DNA of 63,796 nt, the filler included, from Aduncisulcus paluster (Eukaryota): assembly GCA_024181965.1 (NCBI GenBank). It is 5 parts of 5 records of this genome, joined end to end, with 100 filler letters (N's around TTAATTAATTAA, not from the genome) between each part and the next. Parts side by side here need not be neighbours in the genome. Positions count along the whole stretch, not along the records: positions 19,890 to 37,045 come from BQXS01012608.1; positions 37,146 to 61,476 come from BQXS01012609.1; 3 more parts are not named here. One strand, given 5' to 3'. The notes beneath the pieces were generated by a model that saw nothing but the letters and a program-made list of their open reading frames with translations, ran no database searches and was not told the DNA's origin. Below are positions 27,073 through 39,422 of the stretch, piece after piece. Each line of letters opens with the position of its first letter. Positions within the stretch are counted from its first letter, which is position 1. The translations under genes and the position numbers were made by a program.

Positions 27073-29905
27073 ATGTCCTCATCTTTATCATTCTCCTTAT
27101 CTGATGAAGAGAAAGCTCGATTATATAAGCTTCTAGAAAAGCATTATCCAGATTGTGCTGAAAATGAGAAATACAGTTCTATACTATTATCTGAACGTTT
27201 ATTAAAAGGTTTAACAATACCAATATTAAAAGGCATTTTAAAATTATTCAAGAATGTACCAGTTCTTTATAAATATCGAAGCTCTATAACGGTGAGTGGG
27301 AAAAAGAGTGAATTAATATCAAAAATTATAAACATATCTACTGGAAAAATGGAAAAAGTCAAAGTGAAACGATCGTCAAAACATGATTCTGGACTTGAAT
27401 CTCTTGATGATCTTCCTATTTCTATTAAAAAATATATCAAGCATAGCAAGTTTCTTCGACCATTGTATCGACCATCTCCTTTTAGTGGTTATGTTAAAGC
27501 GATGAAAGTTGACACAGATAGCAAACAATATTGTGTTTTGTCTTTCCCCTTTCTTACTCTTCTTTCCCTTTCAAATCCACTTATGGCTGAAGTTAGAACC
27601 ATGTTGAATATTGACGACAGCTCTTTACCACAATCTTCGATCTTGATGCATCCTTTCTCTTCTTCAAAATGCCATCTCACCCTCTCTATCGGAAAACAGC
27701 GTCGAGAATATTCACACCGTATGAAAGGTGTTGACTCTGCAAAAATAGACGAAGTTACATTTGATCGGACTGGTAAATTTGTAGATATCACAGATATGAT
27801 TGTTCAGTATTTCAAAGAAAAAATTCTAGAGTTTGTGTATCGTGAACTTTGGCAAAGGAAACAATCTGAAATCATACGTNNNNNNNNNNNNNNNNNNNNT
27901 TACTCTTCTTTCCCTTTCAAATCCACTTATGGCTGAAGTTAGAACCATGTTGAATATTGACGACAGCTCTTTACCACAATCTTCGATCTTGATGCATCCT
28001 TTCTCTTCTTCAAAATGCCATCTCACCCTCTCTATCGGAAAACAGCGTCGAGAATATTCACACCGTATGAAAGGTGTTGACTCTGCAAAAATAGACGAAG
28101 TTACATTTGATCGGACTGGTAAATTTGTAGATATCACAGATATGATTGTTCAGTATTTCAAAGAAAAAATTCTAGAGTTTGTGTATCGTGAACTTTGGCA
28201 AAGGAAACAATCTGAAATCATACGTTTGTATTCTTCAATTAAAAGCACTTGTCCTCTTCCTCAAGAATCCTCAGAAACCCTGCAAGATTACCCACATGTG
28301 TCTGAAGAATTCGATATTCATAGCAGTGTAGATTCATTATCAGCTCACTCAAATCAATCCTCATCTCCTTTCCTCATTCCTCCTTCAATATATAAAGTAT
28401 ACAATACTCCTTCAAAATATCCCTATAAATACCAGCATTTAACGAAAGAAATACCATATCCAGACGATATTGATCCCTCACAAACCTTTCCAGACCATGA
28501 CATCTTCCAATGGCACCGACAATCATCCATAAGGCAGTTTTTACCTTCCGAGGAATCATTTCCCTTCTTATCAGATCCCTCGTTGAAGATCCCTAAGCCA
28601 ATTCACCCAAAAACACATTCGCCGTGCCTCCTCTCGCCTTTGTCTCTTCAAGGGGATCCCACAAAATCATCTTCTTCCTTGCCCAATTCTCATTCATATT
28701 CTCTATTTGGTGTGTCCAATCCCCATATTCCGACTCTAACCCCCTATAAAGATACCTCGACTCTTCACACGAAAAAAATACCCAAATTATCTCTGTTGCT
28801 TCCGTCATCTGCATTTACTGTGGCTGTCAATGTACAACTTGAAAGCCAGGATTTCCCAGCAATATCGGAGTGTATATGTGGATTCGTCGTTGCTTATAAA
28901 GTCCAAATATCTGAAATGGTCCAGGAAGTATTTGATCGAACTTCTTCTCTGAGTTCTTCAACCGCTCCATCTGTTCTTGTTACACGCCCAACCTCAGACA
29001 CCACTGGCATTTCTAATGGAGAAGGTCTGGTGAGCACTACCAGCGGACGAGCTGGAGATTCTGGAGATGCAAGCAGTGGGACCGAGGGTCTTCCTGAAGT
29101 TCAACTTGATGATAACGATGAAGATAGCGATCTTGAGGAATGTCTATTATCATTACCATTGAATTGTCCATTATTAAGGGGAAGGATGGTTATTCCGGCA
29201 AAGTCTACAACATGCCAGCATCCCACTTGTTTCGATCTTGAGACATTCATTGAGTTTTCTCTTAGCTGTGGCAGTTGGAAATGTCCATGCTGTTTTTCTA
29301 CAATAACATATGAAATGCTTCGCGTTGATCATGATATTCTTGAGGTTTTGCAAAATGATAAAATTGCGAAAAATAGTGAACTCGAAGAAGTTCCTTTACT
29401 TCCTAGAAAAAATGATCACCAAAAAAGATTCCAAATAGATTTTGAGAAACTTGAAAAACTGTTGACTAGTGTTGGTTCCAAGACCTCCCAAGCGACTAAA
29501 AGTCTCACCTCATCCACCAATGGTGATGATATTCAGCACCCCAGTGAAAAAACGGCAGAAGATGAAACGTCAGAAGGATCAGAAAGCGAGGATAGTTGGA
29601 TGGCTGCCCTGAACAAAGAAGATGACGAGAGAGATATCAGCATGGATGAGGAACCAAAGGCTGGAACAGACCAAATTCTACTATCACAAATGGAAAAAAC
29701 CAAAAAATCCGAGAATGGAATGGTTTTCAATGGAGAATCGTCCTATTCTGACGAATTCTCCGATATTGTCGATGCTTTAAATTATGAGTCTGCTGAAGAT
29801 GATTTTGAACCAGCATTAGGGCGTAGAAGATTTAGTAGGGATGTTTCCAATCACATTTCAGTTAGTGGGCTTGGAACAGAAGATGAGCCTTTCGATATCG
29901 AATAA
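27073..29905 (+). CDS. SIZ/PIAS-type SUMO E3 ligase (SAP-like plus SP-RING/zf-MIZ)
   Basis: SAP-like LTIPILKGIL..VSGKKSELISKI. SP-RING LNCPLLRGRMVIPAKSTTCQHPTCFDLETF..WKCPCC. It is one gene split by the gap duplication at 27880-27899. Confidence 0.9.
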
Positions 29906-30140
29906 TAAATTATGATCAGAGCCAAATTTTCTGGAGGACGGTGAGGCTAACTGAGATACTAATAGTATTATTAATAAAATATTTATTCTCCTTTGATAAT
30001 TTTATTTGGGAAATTATCATTAAATAAGAAATGAAGGTGGAAAGAAACTAGATGAAATCGTTTTTCGTCTTTCAGGCACCGAATCGAAATTGTGGTTGAA
30101 ATCAGGTTTTTTCTGAATCAATTCTTTCGTCAAGTTTAAA

Positions 30141-31761
30141 ATGAACCATCCAGGAGCTGTATGTTTGTTATTAAGATATTATTGTTGTATAAAATCATTT
30201 ACAAACTCTCTCACAATATTTATTTGTCTCTCATCAATGTGATGGATATTTTTTCCAAATTTAAATATTATCACATAAAACAATATTTTATTTTGACACT
30301 GAACGTATTATTTCTTGTTCCATAGTACATGATGCCACCGGGTGTTTCTGACCCCACTGCCAATTTTGTTATTGGCCCAAACAATACTGTCAGTGTTCCA
30401 TCTGGGAAAACTAATTACACTTGTTGTGAACACTTTTGTGGATGCTGCTGTTGTTGCCCAATGGAGCTCCAACACTGTTGTTGCTCAAAACCTCAAAATG
30501 CCGGTTGTTGTACCCATTGCTGTTGCGTTATTACCAAAACTATTATTTGGTTGATCCTTTTGGTCGGTATCCTCGCCGGTGTATTGGCCATTATTAACTT
30601 TACAGTTCTCTGCAAAGTGTCACCTGAAAATGATAAATATACAAGTGAAATTGACCCTACTGAATTCCTTGCCTTCCAAAAACTTCTTATTTCCAATGTA
30701 CACATTTCCAGCGATTGTGATAACCTTGATATCGAAGACTGTGCTTCCCACTCTGCTCTTACTCCCTGGTATGTCTTCCACTCCATCCAAAAGACCGATA
30801 TTAAGCAAAAATCTGATGCTTGTCCTGCCAATGCTTGTGACACTTGGTTCGAGGGTGTCTCAGGATGTGTGGCTACCGACACTGATATGTGTTCTTCCGT
30901 TTATGAAGATACTTATGGAGACAGTGACAACAAGTTCTTCCTGTTGCTCAAGACAATCTTCTCATTTGATGCTTGTTTCGGTGCCTCTTCAATCAACATT
31001 TTCATTCCCGACACTCTCTTGGCTCCTGATTATTCTATCTATGTTTCTCCATGGGGAGGTGATAGTCACATTGAAGATGTCCGTTTGAACTTTTTGAGAT
31101 TCGGTCTTGATGATCTGAACTCTGGAGCCTGCAAAGTTATTGATAGTACCATCAATATCCTTAATATGGGTNNNNNNNNNNNNNNNNNNNNGATGCTTGT
31201 TTCGGTGCCTCTTCAATCAACATTTTCATTCCCGACACTCTCTTGGCTCCTGATTATTCTATCTATGTTTCTCCATGGGGAGGTGATAGTCACATTGAAG
31301 ATGTCCGTTTGAACTTTTTGAGATTCGGTCTTGATGATCTGAACTCTGGAGCCTGCAAAGTTATTGATAGTACCATCAATATCCTTAATATGGGTTTGGC
31401 AGGAGATATGCAAGTTCAAAATGTTCAACCTTACACCACTTCAGGTTCTACCCTTACATACAGCGGAACTGGTAATATCAATATCGATTTGAGTGCTAAT
31501 GGTCTGAATAATTATGAAACAATCGCTGTCAGCAATACTGGTGCTGCAAAGATCCTGCTTAATGCTGATTCATACGCTGGATGTCGAATTGTTGGATCCA
31601 CCAGCATTGCAAATTCCAGCAATATCATTGGTGATGGATATATTCAATGCGAGGACAAAACATGTTGTATTGGTGACAATTTCAGCGATTGTGACGGTGG
31701 ACCTTGTCTTATTAGCGGTGAAGGAGTAGGTTCAGCAACAATCGAGGTCCTTCTTCCTTAA
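30141..31761 (+). CDS. Cysteine-rich single-pass (type II-like) membrane protein; exon 1 30141-30158, intron 30159-30325
   Basis: Spliced start MNHPGA|YMMPPG, a poly-Cys cluster, TM helix IIWLILLVGILAGVLAII and a Cys-rich ectodomain. It is split by the gap duplication at 31172-31191. Confidence 0.8.
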
Positions 31762-32231
31762 CTCGTTGAGATATGAGTTTTAAGCCCCTTTGTTTATTAT
31801 AGAACAGTATTAAAATAAACTGTGTCTTAACATATCATCGAGTGATTCAATAAATATCAAATAAAACCCATAAATTGTTTATATCTTTTGTATATTTTTG
31901 AACACATACTGCCAGTATAGTATGTGCCAGTGGCAGCCTGCTATACTGAGTATGGAGTCTCCTATTCGAATTTCCAAAAATATTCTTCATATCTCCATGC
32001 AATTTAGATAGACACTTAGAATTAAGAAGAAGATTTTTTATTAGATAAGGCCTGCCTAGCTAAATTGGTATGATACGGGAGATCATATTCTCTATCATCT
32101 TCTGAAAAGGGAAGAAATAATAAAATATATAAAATCAATTTTCTTATTCCTTTAAAACATGATTCACATACTTTCAACAAATTTATATCAACTGTTGGAA
32201 ATCGTCAATCAATCCACCATATCTTGGTGAA

Positions 32232-32858
32232 ATGGTTAAGTTAGAGGATATCATTGGAAAAGAGGAAGAAGAATCCCCTATCAAGGATAGTATTAAAATG
32301 GATTTATTTCATTTAACAGCTGTTGATAATGATCCAGTTGATTTAGAAAAAATTGATCAAATTAGCGCTGAAAATGTTCAAATATTGATAAAAAGTATTT
32401 TTTCATTGCCAAGAGAGGATGATCCAGAGCTGGGACATCTTTGTTTACTCCCGAAAAGCCGTACAAAACTTCCAAGAGATAAAATGCCTCCTCCTCCAAA
32501 AGTTGAGACGCCTTGGGAGAAATTTGCCAAAGAACGTGGAATCAAATCGAATAAGAAACGTGATAAATTAGTTTTTGAACAAATGAGTGGGGAATATAAG
32601 CCTAGATTCGGGAAGAATAAGGCTCTCAAGGGAATTGAAGCTCTTCCTATTGTTGAGGCCAAAAAGGGCGTTGATGATTTTGATGGTGCCATTGATCCAT
32701 GGAAAAGAGGGAAACAGGAGAAGAAAAAGATGATACAGAAACAAGATAAGAGAGAGAGAACAAATAAGAGGAGAGCTGCTGCAGCAAGACAAGAATATTT
32801 ACAAGATGTTATGAAAGGACGTGTGAAGCGGAGAGCCACACATAAAAAGAAGAAATAG
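32232..32858 (+). CDS. RRS1: Ribosome biogenesis regulatory protein RRS1
   Basis: LPKSRTKLPRDKMPPPPKVETPWEKFAKERGI..KRDKLVF..GEYKPRFG signature. Confidence 0.94.
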   Translation: MVKLEDIIGKEEEESPIKDSIKMDLFHLTAVDNDPVDLEKIDQISAENVQILIKSIFSLPREDDPELGHLCLLPKSRTKLPRDKMPPPPKVETPWEKFAKERGIKSNKKRDKLVFEQMSGEYKPRFGKNKALKGIEALPIVEAKKGVDDFDGAIDPWKRGKQEKKKMIQKQDKRERTNKRRAAAARQEYLQDVMKGRVKRRATHKKKK

Positions 32859-33034
32859 ATGAGTAAAAAAACATCCCATTCACTTTCGGTTGATTCAAGG
32901 AATTACTCCCAATTAATTATTAATAATTACATTATTAATCGATAAAAATAATAAATGTGATTGTTACTACACTATATTGGACAATTTGCCGGGAGATTTT
33001 TTCAAACATCTCTTTTCTCGTGAATAGTAACAAT

Positions 33035-35115
33035 ATGTCAACAAAACAATCTTGCTTTAAACATTTATTGGGTTCATCTACTGGATTACAAGCAGCAGAT
33101 TTATTCTCTGGACTCGAATCAAGAGTTGAGTGGGTACTTAAACATGTCTCATTACCTCAGAAAGGTTGGGATGATATTTCAATTAAATATCTTCTTAATG
33201 TTCTTGCTTCATTGGATTCTAACAATGCCCCGGGCAGTATTGGCCTTGGCGAGAGGGAAGGAAGAACATTGTCACCTTTGGTCAAGGACCGTTCCTTTTC
33301 ATTGACACACGGAATAGGAAGATCTGGAGATGTTGCTGCAGTTCAACCTAAGGCTGCTGGTTCTTCCCTTGCCGTTAAAATAGCAAATGGTATTGCTCTT
33401 GACATGATTCGAATTTGTGGTGTACGATCAGCCTCTGATGCTATCATACTTCCTATTGCGACTGGACAAGCAATATCACTTGTTATAAGCATGATTCAAT
33501 TATCTAAGAGTTCTCATAGAATACGCAAAGTGTTGTGGCTTCGTATGGATCAGAAATCTGTTCCAAAGGCTATCCTCTCATTAAATCTTGATATCGTTGT
33601 TGTTTCTGGAAAAATAGATGGAGACAAAGTTGTTTGTGATCTCAAAAGTGTTGAAAATGCAATTTCCCTTTATCATCAGTCTCTTCTCTGTGTTATCTCT
33701 ACTGCATCATGCTTTGCTCCGCGAGTCCCAGATCCCATTGTTCAAATAAGTCAAATATGTGGAAAATATAATGTTCCTCATGTTGTGAACGGAGCCTATG
33801 CCCTTCAAACCCGCCAAACTTCTATTCTCATCCATGAATCTTTCCGTCTCAGTTCCAAGTACAAACAATCCATCATTCAACAACAATATCTCATGGAAAC
33901 AGGCATTATTCCTTCTTGTGATGAAAAGAAGAAATCAAAGAAGAAACAAATTCCTCCATATCGATGTGACTATGTTGTATCATCGCTTGATAAGAATTTC
34001 TTATGCCCTGTTGGTGGTGCTGTTGTTTACACCCACCATAAGCATGGAGCCACATGTGTCGGTGAGCAATACTCTGGGAGAGGATCAAATTCTGCCACTC
34101 TTGATCTTCTCATTACTGGATTGAGTCTGGGAAGAGAAGGATGGCAGCGAGAATTGGCAGAAAGAGAGAAAAGATATCATGANNNNNNNNNNNNNNNNNN
34201 NNTCCTTCTTGTGATGAAAAGAAGAAATCAAAGAAGAAACAAATTCCTCCATATCGATGTGACTATGTTGTATCATCGCTTGATAAGAATTTCTTATGCC
34301 ATGTTGGTGGTGCTGTTGTTTACACCCACCATAAGCATGGAGCCACATGTGTCGGTGAGCAATACTCTGGGAGAGGATCAAATTCTGCCACTCTTGATCT
34401 TCTCATTACTGGATTGAGTCTGGGAAGAGAAGGATGGCAGCGAGAATTGGCAGAAAGAGAGAAAAGATATCATGAACTTCAAAAGGTGTTAGGAAGAATA
34501 TGTTCAAGGATTGGGGAAAGGGTGCTTGATATTTCCGGCAATCCAATATCTATGGCTATTTCTCTCGAGTCTTCCATGAAACGGATCCAAAAACTCATAA
34601 CGAGCAAATTACCGGTATTTCTTGAAAAGGAAGATACCAAAGCAAGAGAGAAGCATTGTAAAGAGGCAGCAGCAAAACATTTATCGATGCTTGGTAGTTT
34701 CCTCTATAAAAGGGGAGTGACAGGTGCCCGTGTTGTAACTTTGATGGATACAAAGACTTTCTCAGTTGGAAGTGGAATTTCTGACATTTTTAGTGCATTT
34801 GATGGCAGAGCAGAACTTTCTCATGATCATGACAAGACTACAATCATTGAAGAACTCGCCACTGCATCGATTTCAAGTCAAGATCAAACAAGTGATGATT
34901 CCAGTTCAAAGATATCCGCAGATTATACGGTGAGTATTGATAAACAAATAACTTTAGAGCGATACGGTACACATTGTGATGATTATCATTCTCCCTATAT
35001 GACTTTTGCAGCTTCAATTGGTTTGAAGAAAGAAGATGTTGAATGTGTTGAAGAGAAGGTTGTGGGTGCATTTAAGGCGTTTGAGAAAAGTATTCAACAA
35101 TTATATTCGAAATGA
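33035..35115 (+). CDS. SEPSECS: O-phosphoseryl-tRNA(Sec):selenocysteine synthase
   Basis: Motifs DSNN..GLGEREGR, HGIGRSGD..AVQPKAAGSS, RMDQKS, SCFAPRVPD, HVVNGAY, SLDKNF (PLP Lys) and YSGRGS. It is split by the gap duplication at 34183-34202. Confidence 0.96.
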
Positions 35116-35452
35116 TCCCTTTATGGGATTTTTGAGGATCGCATTCCATCTTATTTAGTGTCAGTTTACATATTTAACGAATTATTGGTGATTTAATGGT
35201 GACTTTCTTCATTCCACGAACTTTTTTTGCTCGAGTGTATTCAATACACTCAAACAAAAGTTTTGTTTAACAAAAAATAAAATAAGAATAAACCTTCCAT
35301 ATAATTATTCCTACTACTCTTGATTTTATTCTAAATTTGAACAAGAAGCCAATAGATTCGCAGATGCGAGTTTGACGCCGACTTGAGTACTAATGTCGAA
35401 AAAATATGGTTTTATTTTTTCACTGATTGAATTTGGATAGAAAATCCCAACA

Positions 35453-36214
35453 ATGGGTAGGATAGGTCTTTTTTTATCATCACTAAGCCACATTGGGCTT
35501 TTATTATTCATAGGAAACGTATTATTCAGGAACTATGATTCTGAATCATTTCCTTTCTCACTCGCTATTATGCTTTTATTAATTATTGCATCAGGTTGTC
35601 ATGCTGTGTTTTGTTTGTTTTTGTCTCTCTGTTCTGTAGGTCGATCGTATTCAATTGCATTTGGATTTATTGCTATTGTGTGTGGACTGGTCGTGTTATT
35701 TACTCAAGGTGCATTTGCAATTGAGGGGATAAGTACTTTTTTCAACAATATGTTTTCGTCTTCAGATCGAGATTGGTATCTTCCTGCATATTATGGGCCC
35801 ATTATTCTCCTTGATTGCGTCTTACTATTCTTTGGTTGTCTCAATCTTATCGTTATTATGTGTAGATCAAGATCTCAACACAATGAGGAAAGGCGAGAAT
35901 CAGAAAAGAATGAATTAGAGGAGAAAATTTCGAATCTTGAAGCATCAATAATTGGAGAAAAAAGATCAAGACTGAAAATCAAGGACGATAAAAACAAATA
36001 TGGAACCTTTGAAAAAGGTTCAAAGGGATATGAATCAATTATTATGCAAAATGAACCCGCTCCGCCTCGGCTCACTGAAATTCCATGTGGATCTGGAGCA
36101 TCAGAACAATCATATCTACGATACAGAAAAATGTATGAAACCCCTGAAAAGCTTCAAGAAGCAAGTGATCAGATTCCTCAAGAAAAGTCTTCATCGAGTT
36201 TGTACGTGGGATAA
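35453..36214 (+). CDS. Hypothetical four-TM membrane protein with a charged C-terminal tail
   Basis: 253-aa ORF with four hydrophobic segments in the N-terminal half. Confidence 0.75.
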   Translation: MGRIGLFLSSLSHIGLLLFIGNVLFRNYDSESFPFSLAIMLLLIIASGCHAVFCLFLSLCSVGRSYSIAFGFIAIVCGLVVLFTQGAFAIEGISTFFNNMFSSSDRDWYLPAYYGPIILLDCVLLFFGCLNLIVIMCRSRSQHNEERRESEKNELEEKISNLEASIIGEKRSRLKIKDDKNKYGTFEKGSKGYESIIMQNEPAPPRLTEIPCGSGASEQSYLRYRKMYETPEKLQEASDQIPQEKSSSSLYVG

Positions 36215-36891
36215 AAGTGTCAAAAAAATTCATGGTGAAACGATCTTTTTGTCAAGTTGAGCTAATCTCTTTGAGTCGATTAATGAATTGTGCATGAATA
36301 TTTCAACGAAAGTAAATAAAATTGCTGTCAAATACTGAAGACTGGTTGATCTGGCTCAAATCTGAGGAGAAAAATAAGCAGGGATCAAACCATGCATTGG
36401 GTACTCCTTGAAAACTTGCAAATTCAGATCGATTGTTGACCTTAACTATAATATATCCCCATTAAATCCTTTGATAGCGATTATGAATAGTTATCAATCA
36501 TATCTTTATATAACTCCAACTAAAAAAAACGTATTCTTCATTTCAATGCAATATTACGGATTATTCAATGAAATCCATGTGTTCATAGTTTCTATATCAC
36601 GACCAAAAAGCACAAATCACTGATTTGCATCAATCCATTCATATTACACCATATATTCTTTTTTATCCTTTCTTTCCGAATATTGTATTGTTAGGAATAA
36701 TATTCTTCATCTCTGTATACCTTGTTGATTATACCGATTCCAGATCTGCAATTCGATGGTCCGATTCGAATCGGATGACCTCTTCATTCCTTTTTCTTTT
36801 CCTCCTTCATCCTTCACAAACATAAGATCAATATGCCTCTATCTGTTTTTTTCTTTTGTTTTTGTAACAAAGCTCGTATAAATATTTCATA

Positions 36892-37045
36892 ATGCAGATC
36901 TTCGTCCGTACTCTTACTGGAAAGACTATCACTCTTGATGTCGACCAATCTGATTCCATCGACTCTGTCAAAGCCAAGATCCAAGAGAAGGAAGGAATCC
37001 CTCCTGAACAACAGCGTCTTATCTTCGCTGGTAAACAGCTTGATG
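36892..37045 (+). CDS. Ubiquitin (polyubiquitin or ribosomal fusion), truncated at scaffold end
   Basis: [51 protein letters not shown]. Confidence 0.96.
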
Positions 37046-37145
37046 NNNNNNNNNNNNNNNNNNNNNNNNNNNNNNNNNNNNNNNNNNNNTTAATTAATTA
37101 ANNNNNNNNNNNNNNNNNNNNNNNNNNNNNNNNNNNNNNNNNNNN
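37046..37145. other. Artificial scaffold-joining spacer
   Basis: N44-TTAATTAATTAA-N44. Confidence 0.97.
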
Positions 37146-37712
37146 TCTTCCTTTCTCTTGCGTTCTTCCTCTTCTTTCTTCAAGCGTTCTTCTTCTTCTT
37201 TCTTCAAGCGTTCTTCTTCTTCTTTCTTCAAGCGTTCTTCTTCTTCTTCCTTTCTCTTGCGTTCTTCCTCTTCTTTCTTCAAGCGTTTTTCTTCTTCTTT
37301 CTTCAAGCGTTCTTCTTCTTCTTTCTTCAAGCGTTCTTCTTCTTCTTCCTTTCTCTTGCGTTCTTCCTCTTCTTTCTTCAAGCGTTTTTCTTCTTCTTTC
37401 TTCAAGCGTTCTTCTTCTTCTTTCTTCAAACGTTCTTCTTCTTCTTTCTCTTGCGTTCTTCCTCTTCTTTCTTCAAGCGTTCTTCTTCTTCCTTTCTCTT
37501 GCGTTCTTCCTCTTCTTTCTTCAAGCGTTCTTCTTCTTCTTTCTTCAAGCGTTCTTCTTCTTCTTTCTTCAAGCGTTCTTCTTCTTCTTCCTTTCTCTTG
37601 CGTTCTTCCTCTTCTTTCTTCAAGCGTTTTTCTTCTTCTTTCTTCAAGCGTTCTTCTTCTTCTTTCTTCAAACGTTCTTCTTCTTTCTTCAAGCGTTCTT
37701 CCTCTTCCTTTC
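37146..37712 (-). repeat. Coding minisatellite of ~21-27-bp units (KKEEEERL / KRKEEEEERL) with higher-order periodicity
   Basis: Tandem ttcttcaagcgttcttcttcttct and ctttctcttgcgttcttcctcttc units. There is a frame slip near 37430-37445 and the array runs into the scaffold end. Confidence 0.95.
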
Positions 37713-38592
37713 TCTGTTTGAAAACGTGAACACGTTTGCTGACAGCAACTTTAAGAGCATCAATTTCAGTACCATCTGGAAGTCCAAGTTTCCCAAGAAT
37801 ATTTGCGTAAACCTTATTTTTCTCAGTGTTCAGACTTTCAAAGATCATGACATCATCTCCTTCAATTGGGGCCAATTCTTCACTTTCAATCGCCATAACT
37901 TCCGATTTGAGGCGGTGAACAGTTTGGGAAAGCTCCAAAACCTCATCAGAATGTCCAATTGAACTCCTGTGGTATAATTCGTAAATAGAGGCGGTTTTCT
38001 CAATAATTTTTTGTTGTTTCTCCTTAATATCATGTAATTGATCATTAAGAATGTCGGTTTCAGCGCGGTATGCAGAGATTTCTCTCTCATTTTCACTTAA
38101 AAAGCGATCATGTTCAGAATGAATAGCTTCAATTTCTTTGCGAGCTTTGATGGTAACCTCACTGGATTCAATGTCAGAAAATTTAATTTTTTCAAGAGTT
38201 TGCTGAGCCTTTTTCAAGCGTTTCTCAATCAAAGCAAATTCATCTGTAGCATCTTTAATACTGGTTTTAAGAGATTCAATTTGTCCACTAAATTTAGTTT
38301 TTTCGTTTTTAGCATGGATTTTGGCCATTCTATAACGTTCTGTGGCTTCCTTGCTCCTTTCATCGAATGAAGAAAGAATGGCTCTTTTATCATCGGCGAG
38401 CTTCATTAATTTAGCCTTTTCCTGCTTAAGTTGTTCTAATCTATCCTTTTTCCCCTCCAATGTTAAAAGTTGTGCCTTAACTTCAGAAGATAAGGCAGTT
38501 TCTTTCATCTTGAGTTCATGACAGCGATCAAAATGAGAAACATCACTTTTCCCGTATTTTGGAACATAAACAGTTTGAATATGACTTTCCAT
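37146..38592 (-). CDS. Long coiled-coil protein ending in an E/K/R-rich single-alpha-helix-like repeat
   Basis: Probable start MESHIQTV at 38592. The heptad-rich ORF continues into the minisatellite. Confidence 0.8.
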
Positions 38593-39324
38593 TTGTAAAA
38601 AACGACAAAGGCCAGGCAAATCGAGACCTTTTCCCCAATAATTTTTTTTCCTGAAATTATTATATATTATGCATGATGAAATTAAATTTTGTTCATTAAA
38701 TTCCCAATATATAATGAATTCATAATATTCGATCAAGTTTTGAAAAAAAAATGAGTATTGTCACAACCGGTCATTCACAACTTGTGAATCCGCTTGAAGC
38801 GGAAATACATTTATTTTTTCTAATGCGTGAATATGATCCATTCAAAGATCATGTATTTCTCATATCTAATCAATAGTATTCTATTATGTTAAAGGGAACC
38901 GCAAGAACATCTTCTTCTTTTCTTGAGATAGAAGAAACGTTCCAACATGGATTAAATCAGCGAAAAACAAAACAAAAAAGGAACAATAAACTAAAGAATG
39001 CAAGAAAATGCATTTTGACACAAGAGATGATGAAATTAACCATGGAAATGTTAGATATCAAATAATTCGAGAAACGAGAGTGTCGAGTTCTTTCAATATT
39101 AGAAATCAGAAGACTTTTGAGAAATATAGAATCTATTTATATATTTATAAATAAAGAGACGACAAAAAAATCTGTCATATGCACAAGATAATCATAATAA
39201 ATTATTATTTACAAACCCACACAATCATCAAGGATGAAGAAACAAAACATTGGCTAATCGACTCATACCATCATTGGAAATTATTCCAATTAAATACGAT
39301 TTATATCCAATGATTAATGTTTTA

Positions 39325-39356
39325 AATGAGGTCCCCCTCTCACTCATAATGAGTAT
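39325..39356. repeat. 32-bp direct repeat, copy 1 (downstream of the HD gene)
   Basis: aatgaggtccccctctcactcataatgagtat, identical to 40950-40981. Confidence 0.95.
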
Positions 39357-39422
39357 AATAGATAACAATAAAACATGTGAATGTAAAAACTCTAAGCTTT
39401 GGAATTTTTAGAAACTAGTGGT

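Noticed and set aside
34295..34305. Pro/His difference between the duplicated SepSecS segments (tgccctg vs tgccatg)
   Set aside because: It is a single mismatch in a gap-flanking overlap, and error cannot be distinguished from heterozygosity without reads.
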